From: Thermoproteota archaeon
Lineage (GTDB): Archaea > Korarchaeota > Korarchaeia > Korarchaeales > Korarchaeaceae
DNA: 64,000 nucleotides
NCBI GenBank assembly: GCA_030130125.1
Contig: JARZZM010000001.1
Span: 6,004-70,003 of the forward strand
Direction: 5' to 3'
The notes beneath the pieces were generated by a model. The model had not been told where the DNA came from. It was given only the letters and a program-made list of their open reading frames with translations, and searched no databases. Below, piece by piece: positions 27,369-37,583 of this stretch. The translations under genes and the position numbers were made by a program. Positions within the stretch are counted from its first letter, which is position 1. Each line of letters starts with the position of its first letter.

Positions 27369-28069
27369 TGTTAGACATCTCCTCGGTATACAAGAGCTTC
27401 TCAGAACCTGTCCTAGTTGATATAAGCCTTAACCTGAATGGAGGCGAGGTCTTAGGGGTCGTGGGACCCAACGGATGCGGGAAGACGACCCTCCTGAGGA
27501 TAATGGCGGGACTGGAGTTGCCCGACAGGGGGAGCGTCAGGAGGGAGGGGAAGGTCGGCATCGTGTTTCAGGAGGACAGGCTCCTTCCTTGGAAGACCCT
27601 CTGGGAGAATGTGGCCCTAGGGCTGAAGTATCACGGGATGAGGGGGGAGGAACTCGCCAAGAGGGTTAGGGAGTACTCGAGCATGGTGGGGCTCACCGAC
27701 TCCGACCTGTCACTCCACCCTAGGAAGGCCAGTGGCGGCACTAGGAGGAAGGCAGCCCTAGTTAGGGCCCTCGTCCTCGAGCCGGAGATACTCCTCTTGG
27801 ATGAACCGTTCACCGGACTCGATGTCAAGGCTAGGGCCTCCTTGAGGGAAGCCCTCAAGTGGATCTGGGACGAGTACGGACTCTCGACGGTGATAGTCTC
27901 CCATCAACTGGAGGAGCTGCTGCTCCTAGCCGATAGGGTCTACGTGCTAACTCCAAAACCAGCTAGAGTAGCTGAGGAGATAGATTTGAGGGGCATGGAT
28001 TTGGAGAGGAGGCTGGAGAGAGTGAAAGAGGCCCTCTTTCACATATTATCGAGATCTGGAACGGAGTGA
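27356..28069 (+). CDS. NitT/TauT-family ABC ATPase (ATG 27356 preferred)
   Basis: GPNGCGKTT, VFQEDRLLPW, SGG, LLLDEPF. Confidence 0.9.
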   Translation: MARVMLDISSVYKSFSEPVLVDISLNLNGGEVLGVVGPNGCGKTTLLRIMAGLELPDRGSVRREGKVGIVFQEDRLLPWKTLWENVALGLKYHGMRGEELAKRVREYSSMVGLTDSDLSLHPRKASGGTRRKAALVRALVLEPEILLLDEPFTGLDVKARASLREALKWIWDEYGLSTVIVSHQLEELLLLADRVYVLTPKPARVAEEIDLRGMDLERRLERVKEALFHILSRSGTE

Positions 28070-28804
28070 TCTCCTAAGGAACCACCAGATGACTGGAATG
28101 GTGGCTACGACTGTCATGCCGATTCCCGTGGCCATGAACTGGGAAGTACTGTCCTCGAAGGGGATGTAGGCGCCGCATACATCCATCACTGCATGCAGCA
28201 TGGAAGGACCCGCTATGTTCCATCCGAAGTAGTAGTAAGCGGCCAGCACTATGCCCGCCGCGAAGACCGATAGCAGGTGCAAGCTTACCTCTCTAAGACC
28301 GTATTTAGCAACTAGAAGGTCTATTGGAAGGTGACTAAGGGCAAAGAGGAGGGAGCTGAGCGAGGCAGCGGTCCAAAACTTCCATCTCCCCTCATAATCC
28401 GAGGCCATCATGGAGAAGTAGTATCCCCTGTCCACCAACTCCTCCGCTGGACCAACGACGAGGAAGAGGTGGAGAGTGCCCAGCAAGTTGAGGTCGGGCT
28501 TACCCCCCATCGCCAAGTGTATCGAGAGCAAGGATACGGAACCTAGAGCAGCGAGGGAGAGGGATTCCCCTATACCCCTCCTAGAAACGCCTACATCCTC
28601 CCAAGAGTCATCGAACCATCTCAGGAAGAGGTAAACCAGTCCAAATGAGACTGCAAGCTTGACAACGGATTCCACAAGCAGGGGGAGCGGCTCTGGAGTC
28701 AGGACCCCCCAACCGAGCATCCCGGTCACATAGCGGTAGGGGGTCCATATCAGGATGAACGCAATGAAGAGTTTCAGGGACTTGACTAGGCCTTCTTTTC
28801 CCAC
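28046..28804 (-). CDS. CPBP/CAAX-type intramembrane glutamic protease
   Basis: AEELVDRGY, FALSH, LHAVMD motifs; multi-TM. Confidence 0.8.
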   Translation of the reverse strand: MGKEGLVKSLKLFIAFILIWTPYRYVTGMLGWGVLTPEPLPLLVESVVKLAVSFGLVYLFLRWFDDSWEDVGVSRRGIGESLSLAALGSVSLLSIHLAMGGKPDLNLLGTLHLFLVVGPAEELVDRGYYFSMMASDYEGRWKFWTAASLSSLLFALSHLPIDLLVAKYGLREVSLHLLSVFAAGIVLAAYYYFGWNIAGPSMLHAVMDVCGAYIPFEDSTSQFMATGIGMTVVATIPVIWWFLRRSLRSRSR

Positions 28805-28878
28805 AGGAACACCGGGAAATTTGATGGCATCATATTAAAACTGGTCCTGATCGATTTTTGGACGCTTTCTGGTGTAAG

Positions 28879-28900
28879 AGCATACAAGTATGCTTATATA
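28879..28900 (+). promoter_or_regulatory. Inverted repeat AGCATAC-AA-GTATGCT abutting a TATA box; likely VapBC autoregulatory operator
   Basis: Perfect 7-bp arms at 28879..28894, TTATATA at 28894..28900, ATG at 28921. Confidence 0.6.
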
Positions 28901-28920
28901 CAAGAACCCCTAGGTATCGT

Positions 28921-29130
28921 ATGCCCTCCACTACCACAATCAGGATCAGCAGATCCACGCTAAGGATGCTGGAGGATCTAAAGAGGAGAAAAAGGGCTCG
29001 AAACTACGATGAACTAATTATAACGCTCATTCAAGAGCTCAGAAATAGGGAACTGGACGCTAACTTCGGGATAGACAGGGGAAAGATCTCGAGGTTCACC
29101 GAGGAGGATAGAGGGGATGCTAGGATCTAG
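28921..29130 (+). CDS. vapB: VapB-type antitoxin (ATG 28921 preferred)
   Basis: TTIRISRSTLRMLEDLK...YDELI; overlaps the PIN gene. Confidence 0.82.
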   Translation: MPSTTTIRISRSTLRMLEDLKRRKRARNYDELIITLIQELRNRELDANFGIDRGKISRFTEEDRGDARI

Positions 29131-29542
29131 ACCACTTGTGGTGGATAGCTACGCGTGGATCGAATACTTCCTCGGCTCAGACAAGGGGAAAAAGGTGCTA
29201 GAAGAGTTAAGGAGGGCAGAGGAAGTGATCACACCTTCCGTAGTCCTAGCCGAACTCGCACACAAGTACTTCAGGGAGGGTATGGACAGGGCTCAGGTTG
29301 AGGAGAGGATAAACTTAGTGAGATCGGTCTCCGCAATCCGGGATCTAGATGACCAAGTCATCTTGGGGTTGAGAGAGGCGTACGGCGTGCTGCTGGATAA
29401 TGCGAGGAGGCAGGGCATGAGACGAAAACCAGCTTTAAACGATGCAATAGTACTCTCAACCTCCTTGATCGTTGAAGGATCCGTCATAACGGGAGATAGA
29501 CACTTCAAAGGGCTGAATAGGGTTATTTGGGTAGGAGATTAG
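29117..29542 (+). CDS. vapC: VapC PIN-domain toxin
   Basis: VVDSYAWIEYF, VLAEL, LNDAIV, VITGDRHF. Confidence 0.88.
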   Translation: MLGSRPLVVDSYAWIEYFLGSDKGKKVLEELRRAEEVITPSVVLAELAHKYFREGMDRAQVEERINLVRSVSAIRDLDDQVILGLREAYGVLLDNARRQGMRRKPALNDAIVLSTSLIVEGSVITGDRHFKGLNRVIWVGD

Positions 29543-29637
29543 CTCCCTCAGGGTACTCGCGGCTTATAAATCGAGATGAGTGTCTACATACCATACCCAG
29601 AATTAATTTAGATCCACTATAAGAACCTGATCTTCAA

Positions 29638-30981
29638 ATGAGGGTCTTCGGGACATCGGGATTCAGGGGATACGTTAACGGGAAGCTTAATCCTCTGAAT
29701 GTAATTAAGCTGGCTTTATCCTTCTCTTCATTCCTTTCGGGTGGCAGGATAGCGGTTAGAAGGGATGCTAGGCTGCGCAACAAGATCATCCACCCGACCT
29801 TCGTGTCCGGTCTCCTCGCGGGCGGTAGCGACGTGATCGACTTCGGTCTCACCTCGACCCCGGCCCTGCTCCACGGGATGAAGGGGAATAGCGAAGGAGC
29901 CGCCATGATAACGGGTTCTCACACTCCTCCGGACATACACGGGATCCTCCTCTTCAGGGGCGATACGGCGGAGATCTTCGGAGATGAAGAGAGGGAGATA
30001 GAGGAGATATTCGAGGGTGAGAGGTTTCGATTGGTCGGGTTGGAGGACTTGGGTGAAGTTGAGAGGGGAGATGCCCTCTCCAGCTACAGGGAGGACGTGA
30101 GAAGTGAGTTCCCTACCCTGGAGGGCAGGATAATTTTGGACTCAGGCCACTCCCCCGCGGTTAGGGACTTCCTCCATGTGCTGGATGATTTGGAAATGAG
30201 GGTTCTGAACGGAGAGATAAGGGGGGACTTCCCCAACAGACCGCCTGAACCGGATCAGAAATCACTGGGACTACTTGGAAGGATCGTCAGGGAGGAGAGT
30301 GCGATATTCGGGCTGTCGCTAGATGGAGATGGGGATAGGGCCATATTCGTCGACGAGAGAGGAGAGGTGGTCCCTCCCGATAGGTTGGGAATCCTGTTCG
30401 CCTTGGAGGAGGCGAGGAGCAGGGGCATAAGGAAGGTAGCGTGCCCTGTCAACACAACGGGAGCAGTGGAGATCCTGAGGGAGTACGGGATCGAGATTAT
30501 CTACACTAAGGTGGGCCCGCCAGCGATGGCTGAGGCTATACTGAGGAAGGGAGCGGGTTTCGCGTTCGAGGAGTCGGGGAAGTACATCTGGCCGGGGAAC
30601 ATCCTTTACGGAGATCCCGTCTACGCCACCGCCAAGCTGTTACGGGTATTGGATGGAAGGTCCCTCTCGGAATCGCTCTCATGGATACCCGAGAGGTACA
30701 CTAGGAAGGGCGCGATTCCCTGCCCTGATCACCTTAAGGGAAGGCTACTCTCCGAGATTGAGGCATTGGTCGAACCGCTCGGAGATCTGATCAAGATAGA
30801 TGGCGTGAAGGTGATCTTGGACGATGGAAGCTGGATGCTCCTCAGGCCCTCTGGAACTGAACCTGTATTCAGATATCATGTGGACGCACCCACGAAGGGG
30901 AGGGCTCTAGAGCTCGAGAGAAAGGCCCTGTCGCTGATCAGGAGTGCAGGGAAAACTGCAGGACTTGAGAACCTTAATTAA
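29638..30981 (+). CDS. Phosphoglucomutase/phosphomannomutase-superfamily mutase
   Basis: FGTSGFRG, catalytic TGSHTP, metal loop DGDGDR, FEESG, RPSGTEP. Confidence 0.88.
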   Translation: MRVFGTSGFRGYVNGKLNPLNVIKLALSFSSFLSGGRIAVRRDARLRNKIIHPTFVSGLLAGGSDVIDFGLTSTPALLHGMKGNSEGAAMITGSHTPPDIHGILLFRGDTAEIFGDEEREIEEIFEGERFRLVGLEDLGEVERGDALSSYREDVRSEFPTLEGRIILDSGHSPAVRDFLHVLDDLEMRVLNGEIRGDFPNRPPEPDQKSLGLLGRIVREESAIFGLSLDGDGDRAIFVDERGEVVPPDRLGILFALEEARSRGIRKVACPVNTTGAVEILREYGIEIIYTKVGPPAMAEAILRKGAGFAFEESGKYIWPGNILYGDPVYATAKLLRVLDGRSLSESLSWIPERYTRKGAIPCPDHLKGRLLSEIEALVEPLGDLIKIDGVKVILDDGSWMLLRPSGTEPVFRYHVDAPTKGRALELERKALSLIRSAGKTAGLENLN

Positions 30982-31002
30982 GATCCAGTAGCCCTTAACT
31001 CG

Positions 31003-32799
31003 GTGGTCTGCTTGAAGGGTTACGGCCTAATACAATGGGTCGATCTCTCATCGGGAGAGCAAAGACGTGAACCCGTTCCCGACGATCTGGCTCTCAAATT
31101 CATAGGTGGTAAGGGTCTCGGAGCAAAGTTGCTTTACGATATGACCGACGAGGGGACCGACCCGCTTAGCCCGGACAACCCTCTCATATTCGCGATAGGT
31201 CCCTTCACCGGGACGGCCGTTCCGTACTCCGGTAAGGGGACTTTCATCTTCAGATCTCCCCAGACGGGGATCATAGGAGAGTCCGTCGTGGGAGGTACCT
31301 TCGGGGCCGCCTTCAGGTGGGTGGGCTATACTGCCTTGGTAATAACGGGCAGAGCGGAGAAGCCCGTTTACTTGGTCGTGAGGGAGGATGGCGTAGAGGT
31401 GAAGGACGCCAGCTATCTCTGGGGGAAGACCATATACGAGACCGAGGATACCCTAAAGAAGGAATATGGACGCAGCTCCGTAGCCTCAATAGGCCCTGCT
31501 GGAGAGAACTTGGTGAAGTACGCGGTGATAGGTAATGAGAAGTGGAGGCAGGCCGGTAGGACCGGTGGGGGAGCTGTAATGGGATCAAAGAAGCTAAAGG
31601 CCATAGTTATCGATTACGATACCATGAAGTGGGACGCAGCGGACCCGGACGGTGTGAGGAAGTACACCTCAGAGGAGATAATACCTAGGGCTAGGGAGGA
31701 GCTGAAATCGTACTTCGAGAAGGGGACGACGGGCTTAGTCGAACTAGCCAACGAGTGGGGGTTCTTCCCCAGCTACTACTGGTCGAGGGGCAGCGTAGAG
31801 GGATGGGACAGGATAGCCTGGGATGCAATTGAGAGAGAGGTATTCGTACACGCAAAGGGATGCTTCGGCTGCCCGACCCCCTGCGGAAGGTACAGCAAGG
31901 TGAAGGAGGGGAAGTACGCTGGAAGCGAGGTGGAAGTGGAATACGAGACCGTTTACTCGATAGGCGGCCTAGCTGCCGTCACCGACATAAAGGCCATAGT
32001 ATGGTTGAATGACCTCATTGATGGGCTGGGCATGGACACCATCACAATAGGCAACATATTCGGCTTCGCAATCGAGGCGTACAAGAGGGGCAAGCTTGAT
32101 CCCGGCTTCAAGCTCGATTACAGCGAGCCCGAATCCCTGTACGAGATCACCAAGATGATAGCTGAGAGGAGAGGAGTGGGAGACCTGCTTGCCGAGGGAG
32201 TTAGAGCTGCCGCTGAGAAGCTGGGCCTCCAAGATCTTGCGATTCACGTGAAGGGACTGGAGCCCGCGGGCTACGATCCCAGAACCCTGAAGAGCATGAT
32301 CCTCAGCTACGGAGTCTCCTCTAGGGGCGCCTGTCACCTGAGGCTCACCGGCTACTTCGCCGACATAAAGGGACTTGGAGGAGACAGGAAATCTGTCACA
32401 AAGGAGAAAACTGAAGTGTTAGCGGATCTTGAGGAGAAGGGCGTACTAGAGGATTCCTTCGTGATATGCAAGTTCACCAGAACCCTGATAGACTGGGAGC
32501 AAATGGCCAAGTACTACACGCTCATAACCGGAAGGGAAACAAGCATAACTGACCTTAAAACTGCCGCTAGGCGCATAATAAACCTAGTGAGGATGTATAA
32601 CGTGAAGCTTGGCGTGAGGAGGAAGGATGACAGACTACCTAAGAGGCTGTTCAGGGAGTCCTTCATCCACGAGGGAGAGGAGAGGAAGATAACTGAGGAG
32701 GAGCAGGAGAGGTTCCTTGACTATTACTACGAGCTCAGGGGATGGGACAAGGACGGAGTCCCCAAAGAGGAGACCTTGAAGGAGTACGACCTGATCTGA
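31003..32799 (+). CDS. aor: Tungsten aldehyde:ferredoxin oxidoreductase family protein
   Basis: GGKGLG, IGPAGENLV, GAVMGSKKLKAI, GCFGCPTPC, EYET, G.DTI, RGACHL, ICKF. Confidence 0.9.
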   Translation: MVCLKGYGLIQWVDLSSGEQRREPVPDDLALKFIGGKGLGAKLLYDMTDEGTDPLSPDNPLIFAIGPFTGTAVPYSGKGTFIFRSPQTGIIGESVVGGTFGAAFRWVGYTALVITGRAEKPVYLVVREDGVEVKDASYLWGKTIYETEDTLKKEYGRSSVASIGPAGENLVKYAVIGNEKWRQAGRTGGGAVMGSKKLKAIVIDYDTMKWDAADPDGVRKYTSEEIIPRAREELKSYFEKGTTGLVELANEWGFFPSYYWSRGSVEGWDRIAWDAIEREVFVHAKGCFGCPTPCGRYSKVKEGKYAGSEVEVEYETVYSIGGLAAVTDIKAIVWLNDLIDGLGMDTITIGNIFGFAIEAYKRGKLDPGFKLDYSEPESLYEITKMIAERRGVGDLLAEGVRAAAEKLGLQDLAIHVKGLEPAGYDPRTLKSMILSYGVSSRGACHLRLTGYFADIKGLGGDRKSVTKEKTEVLADLEEKGVLEDSFVICKFTRTLIDWEQMAKYYTLITGRETSITDLKTAARRIINLVRMYNVKLGVRRKDDRLPKRLFRESFIHEGEERKITEEEQERFLDYYYELRGWDKDGVPKEETLKEYDLI

Positions 32800-32983
32800 T
32801 GGTCCTTCTTCACTCTTTTTAGTTCTCGAGAAGGTCTGGACATCCATCTCTACCTCCACTGGCAGGGTGGATCGGTTTGCAAACTGGTCACCATCGACCG
32901 TGCCTAGAACCCATTCGTTCCGAAAAATCCGAAGCTCGACTCAACGTAACGCTTCTTTTAATTTTACCTATATAAATCCCAGA

Positions 32984-33003
32984 CAAGCTTATATTAATCA
33001 GAT
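32984..33003 (+). promoter_or_regulatory. Promoter of peptide ABC operon 1
   Basis: CAAG-C-TTATATT-AA-TCAGAT; TATA ends 44 nt before the ATG; near-identical element before operon 2. Confidence 0.6.
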
Positions 33004-33038
33004 CGGAGTGTTCCTTCGCCCCAAAAGGGGGTGTCACA

Positions 33039-34706
33039 ATGAGCGGAAAGGACTGGGGTATAGCGATAGTTCTACTTATTTTAGGCCTACTGATAGGCTA
33101 TTTCGCAGTTGGACCGGGCAAGACGATCACTACCACCGTCACACAGACATCTGTCAAAACCGTGACGGTCACGCAAACAGCGGGCGCCCCTCCACCCAAG
33201 ACCACGACAACCCAGACCACGCCACCCAAGAAATACGCTGACACCATAGTGATAGGAGTGACCGATAAGGTTTCCGACCTAGATCCGGCCAATGCATACG
33301 ACTTCTATACTTGGGAGGTGTTCAACAACATAGGGGAGGGTCCGTTCAAGTACAAGCCAGGAACTACTGAGCTGATTAAGGGAATAATAGAGGACTACGA
33401 GGTCCAGGAAGGAGGTAAGGTCTACATACTGAAGCTCAGGAAGAATCTGAAATTCGCAGACGGGACTCCCTGCACCGCCAAGGACCTGAAGTGGTCCATA
33501 GATAGGGTGGCTAGGATAGAGGGAGACCCCGCGTGGTTCGTGCTCGACTTCGTCAACAAGACAGAAGTAATCGACGACTACACTCTAAAGATAGTGCTGA
33601 ACCAGCCCGTGGCCTTCTATCCAGCGGTGCTGGCCGTCCCCACCTACTTCCCCATACCACCGGACAAGTATCCTGCCGATGAGATTTCCTCCGACAACAC
33701 CGCTGGCAGCGTCGGTCCCTACAAGATAACCAAGTGGGTCAGGGATCAGGTCCTTATACTGGAGGCCAACCCCTATTACTACGGAGAGAAGCCCAAGACT
33801 CCCAAGGTTATAGTCAAGTTCTACAAGGACGCCACCACCCTCAGGCTGGCGCTGGAGAGCGGTGAGATAGATATAGCTTGGAGGACCCTGAACCCCACTG
33901 ATATAAAGGACCTCACGAAGAAGCCCGACATCCAGGTGATAGAGGGTAAGGGCTCCTTCATAAGGTACATCGTGTTCAACACGAAGATAAAGCCCTTCGA
34001 CAACAAGAAGGTCAGACAGGCCCTCGCCGCCGCCCTCGACAGGAAGGCCATAACCGAGAGGGTCTTCTTGGGCACGGTGGATCCTCTCTACAGCCTCGTT
34101 CCCATGGGCATGTGGAGCCACATAGACGCCTTCAAGGAGAAGTACGGGGAGGCCAACATAGAGCTGGCCAAGAAGCTGCTCAAGGAGGCTGGCTACTCCG
34201 TGTCCAACAAGCTCAAGGTTGAGCTGTGGTACACGCCTTCCCACTACGGCGATACTGAGGCCGATGTCGCTGCTCTGATAAAGGAGGCTTGGGAGAAGAC
34301 CGGAATGGTCGAGGTGACCGTGAAGAGCGCCGAGTGGAGCACCTATCTGGAGCTCACTAGGAAGGGCCAGCTACCTGTGACCCTCTACGGCTGGTATCCC
34401 GACTACATAGATCCCGACAACTACCTGTTCCCGTTCCTCCACACCGGATCCAACAGGTGGCTCGGTGAGCCGTACAGCAACCCCGATCTTGACAAGATAC
34501 TGGAGAGGGCCCAAGTATCCCTAGACCAGAAGGAGAGGGAGCGGCTGTACAAGCAGGCCCAGCAGATATTGGCTGATGATGCTCCTATAGTGCCCATATT
34601 CCAGGGCAAGCTCTACGTTGCTGCGAAGAAGAACGTGCACGGTATAGTACTCGACCCGATAATGCTGCTCAGGTACTACCTGATATACAAGGAAGCTGGT
34701 AGCTGA
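33039..34706 (+). CDS. dppA: Oligopeptide/dipeptide ABC substrate-binding protein (family 5)
   Basis: LDPA, LKFADGTP.TA.D, GPYK, GWYPDY.DPD; TM anchor plus Thr-rich linker. Confidence 0.9.
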   Translation: MSGKDWGIAIVLLILGLLIGYFAVGPGKTITTTVTQTSVKTVTVTQTAGAPPPKTTTTQTTPPKKYADTIVIGVTDKVSDLDPANAYDFYTWEVFNNIGEGPFKYKPGTTELIKGIIEDYEVQEGGKVYILKLRKNLKFADGTPCTAKDLKWSIDRVARIEGDPAWFVLDFVNKTEVIDDYTLKIVLNQPVAFYPAVLAVPTYFPIPPDKYPADEISSDNTAGSVGPYKITKWVRDQVLILEANPYYYGEKPKTPKVIVKFYKDATTLRLALESGEIDIAWRTLNPTDIKDLTKKPDIQVIEGKGSFIRYIVFNTKIKPFDNKKVRQALAAALDRKAITERVFLGTVDPLYSLVPMGMWSHIDAFKEKYGEANIELAKKLLKEAGYSVSNKLKVELWYTPSHYGDTEADVAALIKEAWEKTGMVEVTVKSAEWSTYLELTRKGQLPVTLYGWYPDYIDPDNYLFPFLHTGSNRWLGEPYSNPDLDKILERAQVSLDQKERERLYKQAQQILADDAPIVPIFQGKLYVAAKKNVHGIVLDPIMLLRYYLIYKEAGS

Positions 34707-34707
34707 A

Positions 34708-34733
34708 CCTCCCCTTTCCTTTTTATCTTTCCC
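34708..34733 (+). terminator. C/T-rich pyrimidine tract after dppA1; putative internal terminator
   Basis: CCTCCCCTTTCCTTTTTATCTTTCCC immediately after the stop. Confidence 0.5.
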
Positions 34734-34750
34734 GCTAGGGTGGATTCCAG

Positions 34751-35761
34751 ATGTCACTAAGGGCCTACGTGATAACTAGAATTCTTATGACGATCCCCAT
34801 GATCCTCATTTTGCTGACGTTGGTCTTCCTAGTAATGAGGGTCCTCCCAGGAAATCCTGTGATAGCCATAGTCGGGATGAAGGCCTCTCCAGAGTACATA
34901 AAGAAGCTGGAGCATCAGCTGGGTCTCGATAAGCCCCTTTGGCAGCAGTACCTCGACTACTTGGGGAACCTGCTGAGAGGAGACTTGGGAAGGTCGATGA
35001 TATGGGGGAAGAGGCCCGTCATCCAAGAGATAATGGACCACTTCCCCGCAACTCTTGAGCTGACCATAGGCGGCTTCTTAGTCAGCGTCCTATTGGGCTT
35101 AGCCACGGGAATGCTTGCGGGGATAAGATCAGGTGGAAAGGTAGATGCATCCATGAGGATCTACAGCATCGTCGTGTATTCCCTCTTCATACCCCTGCTT
35201 GGAATGATGCTACAGCTCGTGTTCGGAGTCTGGCTCCACATGCTACCGGTAGGTGGGAGGATAGATCCGGGTATGGAACCTCCATCGATGACGGGCCTGT
35301 ATGTCTTGGACTCGATCATAAGCCTGAAGATGGATAGCCTGCTCAACTCGTTGGCTCACTTGGCGCTGCCCTCACTCACCTTAGGGCTGGTCCTCTCCGG
35401 CATATACACTAGGTTGGTGAGATCCAGCCTGATGGAGGTGCTGGGTCAGGACTTCATAAGGGCTTGCAAGGCTAGGGGCCTCCCAGGAAGGGCCATCCTG
35501 TTCAAGCACGCGCTGAAGAACGCTCTCATCCCAATTCTCACCATGATGGGTCTTCAATTTGCTCTCCTGCTGGCCGGCGCAGTTCTCACCGAGACCACGT
35601 TTTCATGGCCGGGAATGGGCACCTTCCTAGTCGAGAGGATAACGTATAGGGACTTCACAACCATACAGGGGGCAATAGTGTTCTACGCCCTCTTCGTGGC
35701 CTTGGTCAGCCTGATCGTTGATCTGGTGTACGCGTACGTCGATCCTAGGATAAGGTACTGA
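34751..35761 (+). CDS. dppB: Peptide ABC permease
   Basis: GLDKPL..QY, GDLGRS, RACKARGL...HALKNALIP, DPRIRY. Confidence 0.9.
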   Translation: MSLRAYVITRILMTIPMILILLTLVFLVMRVLPGNPVIAIVGMKASPEYIKKLEHQLGLDKPLWQQYLDYLGNLLRGDLGRSMIWGKRPVIQEIMDHFPATLELTIGGFLVSVLLGLATGMLAGIRSGGKVDASMRIYSIVVYSLFIPLLGMMLQLVFGVWLHMLPVGGRIDPGMEPPSMTGLYVLDSIISLKMDSLLNSLAHLALPSLTLGLVLSGIYTRLVRSSLMEVLGQDFIRACKARGLPGRAILFKHALKNALIPILTMMGLQFALLLAGAVLTETTFSWPGMGTFLVERITYRDFTTIQGAIVFYALFVALVSLIVDLVYAYVDPRIRY

Positions 35762-35767
35762 GGTGAT

Positions 35768-36628
35768 TTGATGAGGACGTTCAACCTCTCTCGCTTCCTC
35801 AGCTCTGTGAGGGATGCCGGGCTGGACGGTTACATGATGGTAGTCGGTCTGATTATGGTGCTGACCGTTTTAGTGATGGCCGTATTCGCCGAGTTCATAG
35901 CGCCCTACGATCCTGTCAAGACCGTGGGCATGCCCGTAACCCCTCCGTCCCCCGAATTCCCTTGGGGCACCGATACCATAGGAAGGGACGTATTCAGCCG
36001 CGTCGTCTACGGTTCTAGGACCATAATGGTGGTGATACTCATGTCCACCGCCCTGTCCATGGTGGTGGGCATACCTCTGGGCCTCATCTCCGGATACGTC
36101 GGAGGCCCACTCGACAGGGTATTCTCCCTAGTGATGGACAGTATATACGCCTTCCCTGGGCTCATACTCGCCATTGCGGTGGCTGCAATGCTCGGGCCCG
36201 GTATATACAACACGTCCATATCACTGGCCGTGGTATACATCCCCACTTACTTCAGGATGGTGAGGGGGCAGGTCCTCTCGCTGAGGGAGCAGCTCTTCGT
36301 GGAGGCAGCTAGGGCCTTGGGTGCGACTGACTGGAGGATACTCCGCAAATACATATTCCCCAACGTGTTCTTCATCATAGCGGTGGTGTTCTCCCTGAAC
36401 GTGGCTGATGCCATCCTGACCGAGGCGGGTCTGAGCTTCCTAGGACTTAGCGTCCCGGCCCCAACGCCTGACTGGGGATTCGACCTGAAGAACGGCCAGA
36501 GGTACTTCCTATCGGGCAAGTGGTGGCCCGTCGTGTTCCCGGGAACCATGATAATACTGCTGGCCTTGGGCTTCGGTCTCCTCGGTGAGGGACTCAACAG
36601 GATGCTTGGGCAGAAGGAGGTGAGATGA
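35768..36628 (+). CDS. dppC: Peptide ABC permease
   Basis: GTDTIGRDVFSRVVYG, FVEAARALGA, LSFLGL. Confidence 0.9.
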   Translation: MMRTFNLSRFLSSVRDAGLDGYMMVVGLIMVLTVLVMAVFAEFIAPYDPVKTVGMPVTPPSPEFPWGTDTIGRDVFSRVVYGSRTIMVVILMSTALSMVVGIPLGLISGYVGGPLDRVFSLVMDSIYAFPGLILAIAVAAMLGPGIYNTSISLAVVYIPTYFRMVRGQVLSLREQLFVEAARALGATDWRILRKYIFPNVFFIIAVVFSLNVADAILTEAGLSFLGLSVPAPTPDWGFDLKNGQRYFLSGKWWPVVFPGTMIILLALGFGLLGEGLNRMLGQKEVR

Positions 36629-37579
36629 GTGCTCTTGGAGATAGAGGACCTCCATGTCTACTACTTCACCAAGAGGGGCGTGGTCCGGGCGGTCGAGGGG
36701 GTCTCCTTCGAACTCGACAGGGCCGAGATACTGGGGATAGTGGGTGAGTCGGGAAGCGGGAAGAGCACGCTCGGACTGGCGATAATGAACCTAGTCCCCT
36801 CCCCAGGGAAGATAGTTAGAGGGAGCATCAGGCTGGACGGGAAGGATCTGACCAAGATGAGCGAGAAGGAGCTAAGGGATATCAGGGGCAAGGAGATAGC
36901 TATGGTCTTTCAGGATCCAATGACCTCCTTGGACCCCCTCATGAGGATAGGCGATCAAATAGTGGAGACTATCTTGGCCCACGAGGATGTGAGCAAGGAG
37001 GAAGCTAAGAGGAGAGCCCTTGAACTACTGGAGGAGGTGGGGATCTCCAGGGATAGGTTCAACGACTATCCCCATCAGCTCAGTGGAGGGATGAGGCAGA
37101 GGGTGATGATAGCAATGGCCATCTCCCTGAGCCCCAGGCTGATAATAGCTGATGAGCCCACTACGGCCCTCGACGTTATAGTGCAGGATCAGATAATGGA
37201 GTTATTCTCTAAGTTGAGGGACGAGTTCGGCGTGGCGATAATCCTAATATCCCACGATCTAGCTCTAGAGTTGGAGGTATCTGACAAGATAGGGGTGATG
37301 TACGCCGGGTGGCTCATGGAGCTCTCGAAGTCGGAGGAGCTAGCTAAGAAACCCCTGAACCCATACGCTAGGGAGCTGCTAAAGGCAATACCGAATGTGG
37401 AACTTGAGGAGCAGGAGCTCGTGTCCATCCCTGGGTCCCCACCAGATCTCCACGATCCTCCAAAGGGATGTCGGTTCCACCCTAGGTGCCCTGATGCGAT
37501 GCCTATCTGCTTCAAGGAGGAACCACCCACCAAATCGATTGACGGGAGGCTCGTGAAGTGCTGGCTGTACGGAGGGTGA
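36629..37579 (+). CDS. dppD: Peptide ABC ATPase
   Basis: GESGSGKS, YPHQLSGGMRQR, C-terminal GCRFHPRC. Confidence 0.9.
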   Translation: MLLEIEDLHVYYFTKRGVVRAVEGVSFELDRAEILGIVGESGSGKSTLGLAIMNLVPSPGKIVRGSIRLDGKDLTKMSEKELRDIRGKEIAMVFQDPMTSLDPLMRIGDQIVETILAHEDVSKEEAKRRALELLEEVGISRDRFNDYPHQLSGGMRQRVMIAMAISLSPRLIIADEPTTALDVIVQDQIMELFSKLRDEFGVAIILISHDLALELEVSDKIGVMYAGWLMELSKSEELAKKPLNPYARELLKAIPNVELEEQELVSIPGSPPDLHDPPKGCRFHPRCPDAMPICFKEEPPTKSIDGRLVKCWLYGG

Positions 37580-37583
37580 TCGC

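Noticed and set aside
33015-33035. CCCC-AAAA-GGGG hairpin over the dppA1 ribosome-binding site (RNA thermometer idea)
   Set aside because: A 4-5 bp stem is too weak at high temperature, and no equivalent exists at dppA2
33120-33230. Thr-codon repeats in SBP linkers as tandem repeats or CRISPR-like units
   Set aside because: They are coding low-complexity stalks, with no constant repeat-spacer periodicity
33585-34244. 219-aa minus-strand ORF
   Set aside because: Antisense to dppA1, low-complexity composition
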